Below are positions 1 through 12,212 of a DNA stretch of 64,000 bases, one piece after another. The notes below the pieces were generated by a model. That model ran no database searches and was not told the DNA's origin. It saw only the letters and a list, made by a program, of their open reading frames with translations. Both the position numbers and the translations under genes were made by a program. Location: positions 80,414,001 to 80,478,000 of the forward strand of contig OX597820.1 of NCBI GenBank assembly GCA_951406725.2. The letters are read 5' to 3'. Origin of the DNA: Octopus vulgaris (lineage: Eukaryota). The stretch's first letter is position 1, and every line of letters begins with the position of its first letter.

Positions 1-32
<32 letters not shown>

Positions 33-34
<2 letters not shown>

Positions 35-250
35 GTAATCCCTTGCCATATCGTGGTTCACCTATTGTGGTTTATTATTTAAGCTTATGTCGATTCCTCT
101 GTGGTGTTGGTTTGCATCTATAATAAAATAAATATATACAAATTATAAGAATAAAATAATATACAGTACAGTACTGTTTCTATTTTGCGAATTTTCACCT
201 ATCGCAGGGTTTTTGGGAAAGTAACACCCACAATAATCGAGGGATTACTG
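33..250. mobile_element. Tigger/pogo-like MITE
   Basis: Termini TAGTAATCCCTTG...CGAGGGATTACTG in a TA context. A related shorter copy is at 42210-42290. Confidence 0.7.
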
Positions 251-679
251 TATATATATATATATATACATACATACATACAGGGTATGAGAGGTATTTG
301 AGGACATATTTAGTAAATTAAATTTATTATTTAATTTAATAAAACAGTGCTAATCTAATAAAAATCAAATGTATTTTAATCAAGATTTGTGTAAATGTTC
401 TTGGTAAATTTTCTTATGAGATTATTCTATGAATCAGCCTTCAGCTTTGATGACTGCTTCAATGCAGGACTGGAATCATTGATATTTCTGCACTATATGG
501 TCTTTATTCATTCTGGACATCACCTGGACAGTGGCACCCTTCAGTGAAGCTATGTTAATGTGAGAATACCAGTTAATCTTTTGCACAAAGCTCCAAAAGG
601 GTCTAACAGCCATCCTTGGTTTACATGGCTCTGCTGAGAAGAGCTGAGTCTTGCTCAAATACATATATTCTATGTTATT

Positions 680-1345
680 CATCATCATCATTGTTTAACG
701 TCAATTTTCGATGCTGACATGGGGGTCACAACTACAATTTCCATTTGATTTTGATGTACTCGACTCAATAGGTCTCCTCAAGCGCAGCATGTCGCCCTAC
801 GATCCAAGGTACTTTTGAGTGGGCTGGGGCTGGTTATGTGAGACTGGTGTAGGTTTCACCTGTGAACTCACTTTGTTTGCCTGGTCTTCACAGTCACAGC
901 ATATATCCAGAGGTCCCAGTCATTCATCATTGCCTCTTTGAGGCCCAACATTCGATGGTCATGCTTCACCACCTCATCCTATGTCTTCCTGGGTCTACCT
1001 CTACCCCAAATTCCTTCAACTGTTTGGAAGTGGCACTTCTTCACACAGCTCTCCTCATCCACCTGTAGTACATGACCATACCAGCACAAACGCCTCTCTT
1101 GCACACCACATCCGATGCTTCTTCTGTTCAACTTTTCTCTCAGGGCGCTTAAACTCTGTTGTGTGTGCACACTGACATTACACATCCAGCGGATCATGCT
1201 AGCTTCATTTCTTTCAAGCTTACGTATGTCCTCAACAGTCATGGCCCATATTTCACTGCCGTGAAGCATGGCAGTTTGCACACATGCATCGTACAATCTA
1301 CCTTTCACTCTGAACGAGAGGCCTTTTGTCACCAGTAGGGGTAGC
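680..1345 (-). mobile_element. RTE-clade LINE 3' fragment
   Basis: ORF 979-1332 (LYDACVQTAMLHGSEIW...RRLCWYGHV...RGRGRPRKT) resembles an RTE ORF C-terminus; ends in a (GAT)n tail near 680. Confidence 0.85.
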
Positions 1346-1553
1346 TAATCTAGTTTACACTGTGTAATATTGTTGAATATTATGAGAAAAGTAGTATATA
1401 AACAATCAACACAATAATTTTGGATCCCTGTGAAGGGGTTTGCGGTCAGGCTGAAACATTTTGAAATCCTCAAGCTGTATTGATCTTTAATTACATATCA
1501 GTGATTTGTATTGTATCATTTACATGTATTTTTGTTTATTCTCATTCTTCTAG

Positions 1554-1620
1554 TTGATGTTGAACATTCTCACATCCGTTTCCTTGGCAACCTAGTTCTC
1601 AACCTTTGGGATTGTGGTGG
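1554..1620 (+). CDS. RRAGA: RagA/B GTPase, first coding exon within the window ((I)[21 protein letters not shown](G))
   Basis: AG at 1552-1553, GTAAGT at 1621. Translation matches the RagA/Gtr1 switch I to G3 (WDCGG) region. N-terminal exon(s) lie upstream of the window. Confidence 0.95.
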
Positions 1621-1756
1621 GTAAGTGCCCATATTTCAATGTATAATACACATCAGCACATTACAGGCACAAAGTAGCATGTAGAGCAGTCATTCTACAA
1701 TTGTTTTGAAAATTTCAGCTTTTCTCTGTATTATTTAAATAGCAATATGCAAGTTA

Positions 1757-1950
1757 TCATCATCATCATCATCGTTTAACATCCGCTTTCCATGCTGGCA
1801 TGGGTTCGATGATTTGACTGAGGACTGGCGAGCCAGAAGGCTGCACCAGGCTCCAATGTGATCTGGCAATATTTCTACAGCTGGATGTCCTTCCTAATGC
1901 CAACCACTCTGAGAGTGTAGTGGGTGCTTTTTACATGCCACCAGCATGTA
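1757..1950 (-). mobile_element. RTE-type 3' end with (GAT)n tail
   Basis: Same tail sequence recurs at ~4715, ~5983, ~8845, ~15975 and ~17508. Confidence 0.7.
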
Positions 1951-2016
1951 AGTTATGATAAAGCAAATGTTGCTGCTGAAGGAAAACATTTCATAAGGAT
2001 CTGAAAGTTAGTTTAA

Positions 2017-2193
2017 CCCTTTTGGTACCAACCCACAACGCTGCCTCTGGTTCCATGACACAAATTTCATGTTAATCTATGTTCCAAACACCAGCTTAAT
2101 AAGGACAAAGTTACTTTACTGAATTCTTCCAAATTTCCAAAATGAATTGAAACCAAGTCAGTGTATTTCAACAGAAATATGGTAACAAAAGGG
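2017..2193. mobile_element. piggyBac-like MITE
   Basis: TTAA|CCCTTTTGGTACCA...TGGTAACAAAAGGG|TCAA. Confidence 0.65.
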
Positions 2194-3072
2194 TCAAATA
2201 GTAAAGTAGTAAGCCCCTTGGACATTACTGTCTCAAGCCTTAGGGGACATTAAGCTGGTTGCCTGGTTTCCATGGTATTTGAGCGACCAAGATCACAAGA
2301 TGCCCCTTGAATGGGATGCAAGTCTATCTCAGGGTTACACAGTAAAGCAACATGAAATGAAGTGAATTGCATAAGAACACAACACACCACCCAGTCTGGG
2401 AATTGAAACTACAATTTTACAATTGTGAGTGCAACACCCTAACCACAAGGCTACACACCTTAACAGATGGTTTAAGATTAGGAGGAGGAAGTCATTTGCT
2501 TTAGTATTTGTTTGATGTCGTGTATTGATTAATATTGCAAATATTTAAAGTGGTGAGAGCTGATCAAACCATTATCACACCAGCAAAATGCTTAACGGCT
2601 GTTCATCCACCTTTACATTCTGGGTTCAAATTCTGTTGAGGTCATCTTTGTTTTTCATCCTTTCGGGGTCGTTAAAATAAATACCAGTAGATCAATGGGA
2701 TCATTATTATTGACTTACCCAACTCACCAAAAATGCTGGCTTTGTGCCAAAATTTGAAACCAATTTTTCAAAATTCTTGAGAGTAGGAGAATTAACTGTG
2801 CCTAAAGAAGACCAGAGTGGATACTTTGGTATTTCACTCTTCTAATTTTAAACTCCACTGGGGTCAGTTTTGCTTTTTACTGTTTTTAGGTCTATAAAAT
2901 AAGCAGTTTTATGTTGTATACTGGACCCACAATATTTTTCCTCTACAAAAACTGACTTTGTGTTGAATCAAGAGAAATCAGTATTAAACAATTGGTGGTT
3001 GAACTCTTTGGAATAAGTCACCAACATGACTTTGATTCTTGATTGCACCCATTTCCCTTCACATTTATAAAT

Positions 3073-3460
3073 AACTAGCAGTATCGCCCGGCGTTGCTCA
3101 GGTTTGTAAGGGAAATAACTATAAAGCATTTTTAGAGAGTTATAGCCAAAAAATAGCAAAAAAATGGAAAAAAAATGATGGTAAATTTTTTTTGAGAGTT
3201 AAAAAAGGTAGAGTTGCGTCCCCTAGACGGTCTGTGGTTTGGGTTTCTAATTCTCGACCCCATGTCGAATTTATCGATTTTTTTCAGAACTGGGAGAACT
3301 TTTCAAAATTTTCGCTGCGTTAGTTTTGAATTATGACATTGGGCTATGTGTGTGTCAAGTTTCATCAGAATCGGTTGAAAGCCGTGGTCAGAGTGAGGGT
3401 ACGAGAAAACAGACACACAGAAACACGCACAGACAAACTGCCGTTTATATAGAGAGAGAT
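3073..3460 (+). mobile_element. Non-autonomous Helitron/Helentron-like (Lep1/DINE-type) element
   Basis: 5' ACTAGCAGTATCGCCCGGCGTTGCTC hairpin, 3' AAGTTTCATCAGAATCGG...(ACAG)-like microsatellite and TTTATATAGA end. Family assigned by resemblance only. Confidence 0.5.
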
Positions 3461-4036
3461 TTCCATCCTTCCATCCATCTTCTTCATCCTCCGTTCTTGA
3501 GAGGGTTACAGGAGTTGAGTCTTCAAGCACTTCCTCCATATGGGTAGAGTCCTCAAGTACCGATCAGAAGTTTAGCAAAACAAGAACTTAATTCCTAAAC
3601 TGGCATTCAGTGTTAAGCAGTGACCCTTCATTAAATACTGTGTAATTAACACGCTGATTTGCTAATTACAATTCCATCTGCTTAAACCTTCCCATTTATT
3701 CTTTTGTCTTAGGAATTAATTCTTTGCCTATCTCAGTCCTTTGGAAAATACTTGAACTCTCCCAGTTCACAAGTAGTTAGCTGTCTTGTTGTAAAATATG
3801 TGCCCCAGTAACTCATGTAAATATCTGAATTTGTAAAACTGTCAAACCCATATCATCATAGAATGACAAATACAAAACTGCATTTAAGGATTATTGTAAA
3901 TACTTCAACGAGCATTTACCATGAATACATTTTGTTAAAGAAACTTGTAAAATGAAAGAGATATAAAAACAATCAGGGGAAAATGTTTGACTAACGAGAG
4001 CATTGGATAAAATAATGTTTCATAGTCTTTATTTAA

Positions 4037-4259
4037 CCCTTCTGTTGCCATGTTTCTGTTAAAATACTCTGCCTTTATTTTAATTAATTTTGAAAATAAT
4101 GAAGAATTTAGTAAAATAGCTTAGTCATTACGAAGCTGATGTTTGGAACATGAACTAATCTTGAATTTTAATGGAAAGTTTTAATTGAAATCACATTAAG
4201 ACAAAAAGTTTGTGTCATAAAACTAGGGGCACTCTTGAGCAGGATAGTGTCAAAAGGGG
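4037..4259. mobile_element. piggyBac-like MITE, same family as 2017-2193, opposite orientation
   Basis: TTAA|CCCTTCTGTTGCCATGTTTCTGTTAAAATAC is the reverse complement of the right end of the 2017-2193 copy; ends AAAAGGGG|TTAG. Confidence 0.65.
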
Positions 4260-4410
4260 TTAGCTCTACTCAACCTTCTAAGGTTGATAAAACATACAGT
4301 AATGTATAGTACCAATCCACTTAACTGTACACAATTCCATTCAACAATTCATTATGTGTCCCCCAAAAAAAAAAAAATTAATCCATTATTCTGACTTTTC
4401 TTTTTTTAAG

Positions 4411-4633
4411 ACAAGAAGCTTTTATGGAGAACTATTTTGCCAGTCAGAGAGATAATATTTTCCGAAATGTTGAGGTTCTTATTTATGTATTTGATGTGGA
4501 GAGTCGGGAATTGGAAAAAGATATGCACTACTATCAGTCCTGCTTAGAAGCTATATTACAGAATTCACCAGAAGCGAAGGTTTTCTGCTTAATTCACAAA
4601 ATGGATTTGGTCCATGAAGATCAGAGAGATATT
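4411..4633 (+). CDS. RRAGA: RagA/B exon (QEAFMENYF...[16 protein letters not shown])
   Basis: Polypyrimidine tract plus AAG acceptor, GTAAGT donor at 4634, phase compatible with the previous exon. Contains the G4 HKMD motif. Confidence 0.96.
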
Positions 4634-5037
4634 GTAAGTTTTTATCATATACATATATATATCTGTGAGTGTGTATGTGTGTGTGTGTATATATATATAT
4701 ATATACGTATTTATTAATCATCATTTAACATCTTTTTTACATTCTGGCATGGCTTGGATGGTTTGATCAGAGTTGGTAAAGTCAGAGGCTGCACCAGGCT
4801 CTATTACCTCTTCTAGTATGGTTTCTACAGCTGGATGTCCTTCCTAATGCCAACCATTCCACAGAGTGTATTGGATGATTTTTACATGGCACTAGCATTG
4901 CTGGGGTTACCAAGTGACTTATAGGGCAAAAACCTCTCAGCTGTGGGGCAGGGTAGCTTTGTGGCATTTGATGAGAGATCACAGGTATAGAGGAACAGGG
5001 ACAGGTGTCTTGCTGTAGAGTAAATACATGGATACTC

Positions 5038-5370
5038 CATGGCACAGTGGTCAGAGCGTCGAGCTTATGATCATGAGGTTGTGAGTTTGATTCCTGGACC
5101 AGGCTGCATGTTGTGTTCTTGAGCCAGACACTTTATTTCATGTTGCTCCAGTTAACTCACCTGTAGAAATGAGTTGGGACATCACTGGTGCCAAGCGGTA
5201 TCAGCCTTTGCCTTTCCTTTGGATAACATCAGTGGTGTGGAGAGGGGAGGCCAGTATGCATGGGCGACTGCTGGCCTTCCACAAACAAACTTGCCTGGAC
5301 TTGTGCCTCGGAAGGTAACTTTCTAGGTGCAATCCCATGGTCATTCATGACCGAAGGGGGTCTCCCCCTC
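5038..5370 (+). mobile_element. tRNA-derived SINE (family C)
   Basis: A box TGGCACAGTGG and degenerate B box. A near-identical body and tail occur inverted at 28485-28800. Confidence 0.75.
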
Positions 5371-5372
5371 CC

Positions 5373-5418
<46 letters not shown>

Positions 5419-5982
5419 TAGAACCTGTTAAGAATGAATAAATACATTACTGTTTGGATTCTCCTTGCTCAGCATGTACTCCACAAACTATTATCATCAT
5501 CATCATAATCATTACCACTATCTTCATTATCATCGTCTTTTTGTATTCCTTGCTGATATTACTTCAAATTTAAGGACGCTTTGACCATTCTCTTAAAAAC
5601 ATTCACACTTACACAATGTAACCGAGATGATGATGTTTGTCCTTGTCTGGCCAAGACTGAAGAGAAGTGGCAAGCAATAAGTGATCAGAAATCAATGCAG
5701 TTCAATGAGTGAAAAAGAGGTGAATTGATTTTTATTAGGTACAGCCTCAACAATATAATCTAGCAAAGTCTAAAGGTCACTTTGCTTAGACAGTCAGAGG
5801 AAAGGGGTGGACATGGTGTGTTAATGAAGTTGCTTTTCTAGGGTTGAAGTCAGCTAATGATCACTTGTTGGGTGGAAGTAATTGTGATCTTAGTCATTGA
5901 TTACTTTCCCACTAGCAACAATACGATGACACGACCTGTGTAATTAATGTATACTTCTATAATTTCTCTCTCTCTCTCTCAT

Positions 5983-6397
5983 ATCATCATCATCATCATT
6001 TAGCGTCCGCTTTCCATGCTAGCATGGATTGGACGGTTCAACTGGGGTCTGTGAAGCCAGGAGGCTGCATCAGGTCCAGTCTGATCTGGCAGTGTTTCTA
6101 CGCCTGGATGCCCTTCCTAATGCCAACCACTCCGTGAATGTAGTGGGTGCTTTTTACGTGCCACCCGCACAGGTGCCAGACGGAGCTGGCAAACGGCCAC
6201 GATCGGATGGTACTTTTTACGTGCCACCGGCACTGGGGCCAGGCGAGGCTGGCAACAGCCATGAACGGATGGAGCTTTTACGTGCCACCGGCACGGAGGC
6301 CAGTCGGGGCGGCGCTGGCAATGGCCACGATCGGATGGTTCGCTTACTTGTCACCGGCACTGGTATCACAGCTGCAATTTCCATTGATGTTGATCGA

Positions 6398-6430
<33 letters not shown>

Positions 6431-6800
6431 TCATCATCATCCGTTTTCCATGCTGACATGACTCAATAGGTCTCCTCAAGTACGGCATGTCACCCTACAA
6501 TCCAAGGTACTTTTGAGTGGGCTGGTTATGCGACACAGGTGTAGGTTACAGCTGTGAACTCACTTTATTTGCTGGGTCTTCTCAGTCACAGCATACCTCC
6601 AGAGGTCTCGGTCATTTGTCATTGCCTCTGTGAGCCCCAACATTTGAAGGTCATGCTTCACCACCTCATCCCATGTCTTCCTGGGTCTACCTCTACCCCG
6701 GATTCCTTCATCACACAGCTCTCCTCGTCCATCCACAGTACATGACCATACCAATTTAAACGTCTCTCTTGCACACCATATCCAATGCTTCTTATGTCTA
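5983..6800 (-). mobile_element. RTE-clade LINE 3' fragment with a minisatellite in the 3' UTR
   Basis: GRGRPRKTWDEVVKHDLQMLGL...DRDLWR in ORF 6560-6943; ~4 copies of a ~60-bp unit at 6145-6365; (GAT)n tail. Confidence 0.8.
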
Positions 6801-6806
6801 ACATAT

Positions 6807-6878
<72 letters not shown>

Positions 6879-6892
6879 TACATACATATATA

Positions 6893-7155
6893 CAGGGTGT
6901 TCACAAAGTCTCTCTGCAGTAAGTATTTTATTGCAAAAATCAATATTTACAAGATGGTATAAAACTACAAAAGAATATATTAGACTTAGAAAGACTTTAA
7001 AAAACTTTATAAGAGGTGTTGAAAGTGTCGTCCTTCATTTTCAAAACATAATAAGTTGACTCTTCTACACGTTTTGAAATACATCTTGGAGAGTCTGACG
7101 CGGTATATGAACCGTGTGATGGTTATGATTGCAGAGAGACTTTTTGAACACCCTG
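6893..7155. mobile_element. Tc1/mariner-type MITE (263 bp)
   Basis: TA|CAGGGTGTTCACAAAGTCTCTCTGCA...TGCAGAGAGACTTTTTGAACACCCTG|TA: 25/26-bp TIR and TA TSD. Confidence 0.85.
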
Positions 7156-7346
7156 TATATGTTTGTATGTTTAGCTATGATAAAAACAGTTTTACATTAA
7201 TCTGAAGTGTTACTCCATCCTTTTGTAGAATACAAATTTATTATTCTTAAACAGGAATAGTATTGATAGTGACTTCAAAGTTTCAGCTCGCTAAACCATC
7301 ATTGGACTGTGAGGCATTCAGTTAATCTTGGCACTATATAGTCGCT

Positions 7347-7555
7347 AAGGCAGTGAGCTGGCAGAAACGTTAGCCTGCCAGGCGAAATGCTTAGCAGTAT
7401 TTTGTCTGTCTTTACGTTCTGAGTTCAAATTCTGCCGAGGTCAACTTTGCCTTTCATCCTTTTGGGTCGATAAATTAAGTACCAGTTATGTACTGAGGTT
7501 GATCTAATTGACTGGCCCCCCTCCCCAAAAATTTGTGCCTAGAGTATAAAAAGAG
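7347..7555 (+). mobile_element. tRNA-derived SINE (family A)
   Basis: AAGGCAGTGAGCTGGCAGAA...GAGTTCAAATTC. Further copies at ~2550, 23950, 25470(-), 27090(-), 28156, 34127, 48050(-) and 54148. Confidence 0.8.
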
Positions 7556-8315
7556 TATATGGTCTCTGTTGAGATAAAATTTTGAATATGTGTGTGCGTC
7601 TCTTCTGAAAAGATTAGATTAGTATCATGCATTAGAGAACCTTAGGATTACTTTTTGTTGATATTGTTTAATCCCAGTTAAATCCTGATCAAAGACACAA
7701 CATTCCTCTTTCTCTTCTTTTTTTTTCTTTATTTCTCAGAATGTTTTGAAGACTATGTTATGTAATGTGTCCTTCATTTATTAAGACTGTAGGTTGTATT
7801 TTGAGGGAAATTTGGTGGCTGTTTCTGACATCAAACATACACCAAATAACCTTATGGAATCATTTAGTATTTTTTTTTTATATATTATGTCCTGGAATGA
7901 TTAATGATAACAAAGAATCTCAGTTGAAAAAGTGATGCCTGTATCTAAATTTGAACACCAAGTAAACCCATATTTTCACCCCCATTTTTATCATATTCAT
8001 AGCTATCATCATCAATTCAATTAAAACGCAAGCATAACTTTGCAGATGAATGAAGTGAAATAAGATTTGCAACCTCATCAATGGCATACCATCTCTACTG
8101 CAGGCCTGCTTTATATCCATCTGTGTCGGACTGACCTGAAGCACATCTTGAGTAGAAAGGCTATGCACTGATGAGGTCTTGAATGTCCTCAAAAGGACTT
8201 AGACAAACCTCACTGATTGATTGATTGATTGATTAGTCAAATGAAATATTTTCTCAAAAGAAATGAATTATTTAATTGACTGTCTCAAAATGTCTCCAAT
8301 TGTTTTTTCATCCAG

Positions 8316-8411
8316 ATTTTCCATGAAAGAGAAGATGACTTAAAACGACTGTCAAAACCCCTACAGTGTACCTGCTTTGCCACCTCAATATGGGACGAAA
8401 CATTATATAAG
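8316..8411 (+). CDS. RRAGA: RagA/B exon ([32 protein letters not shown])
   Basis: CAG acceptor, GTATT donor, 96 nt, phase 0/0. Contains the G5 [10 protein letters not shown] motif. Confidence 0.95.
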
Positions 8412-9388
8412 GTATTTCAGTTTCATCCTTTTAATTTTTTCTCAAGCATTTACTGAAAAGAAAAGGGCTTTCATTAATCTAGAATTAGCTTAATATATGC
8501 ATTTAGAATAGCTTTAGGTTAAAATATGAGTTTGTATAATACAATAAGTATACAAGTATTGAACAGCACCAGTTTTAATATTTTGTCTCAGAGAAAATTT
8601 CTCAACAAAACTTGTATTAATAACACAGGGCTTTGCTTAGAATGTTGGTGGGTCACTAGACATGATTTTTTAACCTGATTTGGTCTCCACAGTGATGAAG
8701 ACCTTGCATTTTCTGAACCAAACTGAAAATTGTTCTAATATAGAAATTAGTAAACCGATGTTAAATAAAATGAATGAACAATGTAATTTTGAGGACGAAA
8801 GGTAGAAGTAAATCTGTGATGGTCTATCGTATCCTTAGTCAACTTCATCATTTAACATCCTGGGTTGAACAGCTTGACAAAATCTGGGCTATGTTGAGCT
8901 CCAGTGTCAGCTTTCTCGTGATTTCTATGGCTGGATGCCCTTCCTAATGCCAAACACTTTCTAGTTTTTACTGGGTTCTCTTTTTATGCCAAAGCATTAG
9001 TGGTCACCAAACAACTGGCAAGGCAAGAAAAAAAAAAACAGGTAAAAGGAAAATGGAAGAAGCCATTTCTTTTGACTTAGTTGAGTGGGAATATTTGAGA
9101 GATGGTTTCAGGCTAGGCGTTGAGAGATCAAGGTATGATAGAGGTACAAGCACAGGTGTCTTGCTATAGAGGAGATCTAAGGCTACCCTGTATTATATAA
9201 GGGCAGGTGTTGTCCCAATTGTTCTATTGAATGGTTAGTGTCAGTATGTTGCCATTCTGTGGAACGTAATCCATATACATAATTGTTTTAATCTAAATTT
9301 CTTCCACTTTGCCATAGTTTCTAGAAATATGACTTCAAGATATTTTAATCAACACTAAACAGACGTTAACACCTCCTGTTCTTTGTAG

Positions 9389-9511
9389 GCATGGTCATCA
9401 ATAGTCTATCAACTAATTCCAAACGTACATCAGCTGGAAACCAATTTAGCTCACTTTGCAGATGCTATTGACGCTGAAGAAATTTTGCTGTTTGAAAGAG
9501 CAACATTCCTT
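9389..9511 (+). CDS. RRAGA: RagA/B exon ([13 protein letters not shown]...LLFERATFL)
   Basis: TAG acceptor, GTAAG donor, 123 nt in frame. Conserved AWSSIV and LFERATFL. Confidence 0.95.
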
Positions 9512-9941
9512 GTAAGAAGAACTTTATTTTTTTCTCACTCATTCTCTTGCTAACTTTCGCTTCCGTTCTAATTTTCTTTCCAACTTTCTCTTTTTTTCTT
9601 TCTCTTATTCGCTGTCTACGCTTCTTTTCTTTTCCTAATATTAAGTGCAGACCAGTACACGAAAGCTTTACGTAGCTTTTATTATATAAGGGAGATAATT
9701 CCTTGTAATAATTTCTTTTTGTGACCATTTTACAAATTCCAAAAGAAATTGCCATTTTGTATTTAATTCATAATTTCGATATTTTATCAAATAGATACGA
9801 AAAGACAATAGAGAAAACAATCAGAAAGAAAGAAGCTTTTAAGGAAAATCCATCTAAAAAATATGCTTGTTACAGCCATCAATTTTGATGGAGCAGGTAT
9901 AGGAGTCCTCAGATGAATAAACTTTGCTTTCTGTTTTGTAG

Positions 9942-10149
9942 GTGATCTCCTATTGGCAGAGGAAACCTCATCGTGACGTGCACAGGTTTGAGAAGATCAG
10001 CAATATCATCAAACAATTTAAGCTGAGTTGTACGAAGGTAGCTGCTTCTTTCCAGAGTATGGAAGTCCGCAATTCCCGCTTTGCTGCTTTTGTTGATGCT
10101 TTCACCTCCAACACTTATGTTATGGTCATCATGGCTGACTCTTCAATCA
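9942..10149 (+). CDS. RRAGA: RagA/B exon, roadblock domain ([30 protein letters not shown]...MADSSI)
   Basis: TAG acceptor, GTAAGT donor at 10150. [17 protein letters not shown] is a RagA/B signature. Confidence 0.96.
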
Positions 10150-10249
10150 GTAAGTATCCAACAACATCGTTTTGCTGTCTTTGTTTTGATTTGACAATCA
10201 TCTCTCTGCTTTATTCTGGGTATCTGTTTCTACAGTCGAAGGAAAATTG

Positions 10250-10530
10250 AACAAATCATGCTTGGAATCATCACAAAGAAAACCAATGCATGGATTCGAC
10301 TGCACATGAGAGTCAATGACATCATAAGAACCATTCAAGGAGGACAAATATTGAAGGGCAACAGGTAGACAGTCAGAGTGACGGAATGGACACCAAGACA
10401 ATGGACTAGGTCAAGAGGCCAACCGAAGACAAGCTGGCAAGATGATCTCACCTGCTATCTGGGACCTAGAGACAAACAGGTGGAAGGAGTCCAGGCAGAG
10501 GTTCCTCCTTCAGGATTGATGAAGCCCTAG
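10250..10530 (+). mobile_element. Degenerate RTE-clade 3' fragment
   Basis: Hand translation TNAWIR...VRVTEWTPRQWTRSRGQPKTSWQDDL. Confidence 0.65.
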
Positions 10531-10644
10531 ATAAGGATGAAGTCACATATAGAATACAGCATCTGGCCTAAAACAGATATTGCTAGAAAGCTTTGTCTTC
10601 TGAAAGGCTGTGATATATTTTAATTATTTTTCTGTCATCTATCT

Positions 10645-11000
10645 TTTACTTATTTTAGTCATCTGACTGTGGCCATGCTGGGGCACTGCCTTGAAGGTTT
10701 TGGACAAACAAATCAACACCAGTACTTTTTTTTTTTCAAAGTCTATTATTAATTCTATAGATTTCTTTTGCTGAGTTGCTGGGACATAAACAAACCCACA
10801 CCAGTTGTCAAGCACTGGTGGGTACTAACACAACTACACACACATACACAGTGTGCTTCTACACAATTTCCATCTCTCAAATTCACTCACAAGACATTGG
10901 TCACCCTGCGGCTATGATAGAAGGCACTTGCCCATGGTGCCGTACAGTGGGACTGAACCCCAAATCACGGGCCTGTTAAGCAAACTATTCCTGCACCTAC
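10645..11000 (-). mobile_element. Degenerate SINE family B
   Basis: Similar to 24335-24740. Confidence 0.65.
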
Positions 11001-11074
11001 AATGGCATTGACTTTTCACCTTTACAAAATATTTTTATCTCAGGATCTCCCTTGAGTTAAAAAAGAACCAATCC

Positions 11075-11466
11075 TATACACTATGGATCTTTCCTGCAGT
11101 CATATATGGACACAATGCAACAAATACTGACTGGTAAATCAATCTGACTTCAGACAAGTGCACCATCATGCATTTTGGGAGGAAAAACCCCAGCTTTTAA
11201 ATACTCCCTTAACAACACCAATCTGAAGAAGACAGCTAGTGAATGTGACCTGGGCTTTGTCATCAACAGCAATTTGCTTTGGACAAACCACATCTCTAAA
11301 ATTGTCAAAAAAGCCAAGGATGTATTAGCATTACTTGGTAAGGCTTTTGTCGGCTGTTCTCTAGCTGTTTACTTCAAGGTGTATTTGGCTATGGTATGTC
11401 CACACTTTGAGTTTGCATCACCTACCTGGAACCTCTGTCTTGTTCAGAATATCAGTCTTCTGGAAA
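11075..11466 (+). mobile_element. CR1-group LINE RT fragment
   Basis: ECDLGFVINSNLLWTNHI...YLAMVCPHFEFASPTW resembles the CR1/L2 post-RT region. Confidence 0.75.
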
Positions 11467-11745
11467 CTCTCTGAGTGAGAGGCCCTTTGTCACCAGTAGA
11501 GGTAGGAGGTCTCTGAACTTTGCCCAGGCTATTCTTATTCTAGCAGCTACACTCTCAGAGCATGCACCCCTGCTACTGACTTGGTCACCTAGGTAACAGA
11601 AGCTATCAACTACATCTAGTTTTTTCCCCTGGCATGTGACAGAAGCTGTTTTCTGCACATTTTCAGTATTTAATGCCCCTGAGCATTTGCCACACACAAA
11701 AACTATCTTCCCAGTTAGCCTTCCTTTGATATTGCTGTACATACC
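11467..11745 (-). mobile_element. RTE-clade LINE fragment
   Basis: LDVVDSFCYLGD...AARIRIAWAKFRDLLPLLVTKGLSLR overlaps the start of the 979-1332 ORF sequence. Confidence 0.8.
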
Positions 11746-11789
11746 TAGAAAAAAGAAGCCTATTAATTAAATAATTACTTGTAATTAAG

Positions 11790-11923
11790 ACATTTGCTTC
11801 CTAGCCATGTGGTCTCAGGTTCAGTTCCATCGTATGACGTCTTGAGGAAATGTCTTTTACTATATAGCACTGGACAAACCAAATTCTTGTGAGTGAATTT
11901 AGTAGTGAGAAACTGAAAGAAAT

Positions 11924-11959
<36 letters not shown>

Positions 11960-12212
11960 CGAGTGTATGTTTGTCTGTATACTTTTTTGACATGGTTGTA
12001 AACGAGCATCACTGTTTATACAAGCAATGGTGTTCATTTTCGGTCTTCAGTGAAAAACGTGTCTGGCCATCAAAAACGTTTCCTTGCTTGGAAACAGATG
12101 AGGGTTGGCAACAGGAAGAGCATCTGGCCATAAGAAATTTGACTCAACAAGTTCTGTGTGACCCACTGAAGCATGAAAAAGTGGACATAAAATGATGATG
12201 ATGATGATGATG
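11790..12212 (+). mobile_element. SINE with family-B head, internal (TA)n and RTE-type (GAT)n tail
   Basis: Head similar to 24335-24500; tail ...GGAAGAGCATCTGGCC...GTGGACATAAAATGATGATG. A related partial copy is at ~12620-12915. Confidence 0.6.

Noticed and set aside
4634-4717. ORF-track extension of the RagA exon (also 10150-10250)
   Set aside because: Read-through past GTAAGT donors into intron sequence.
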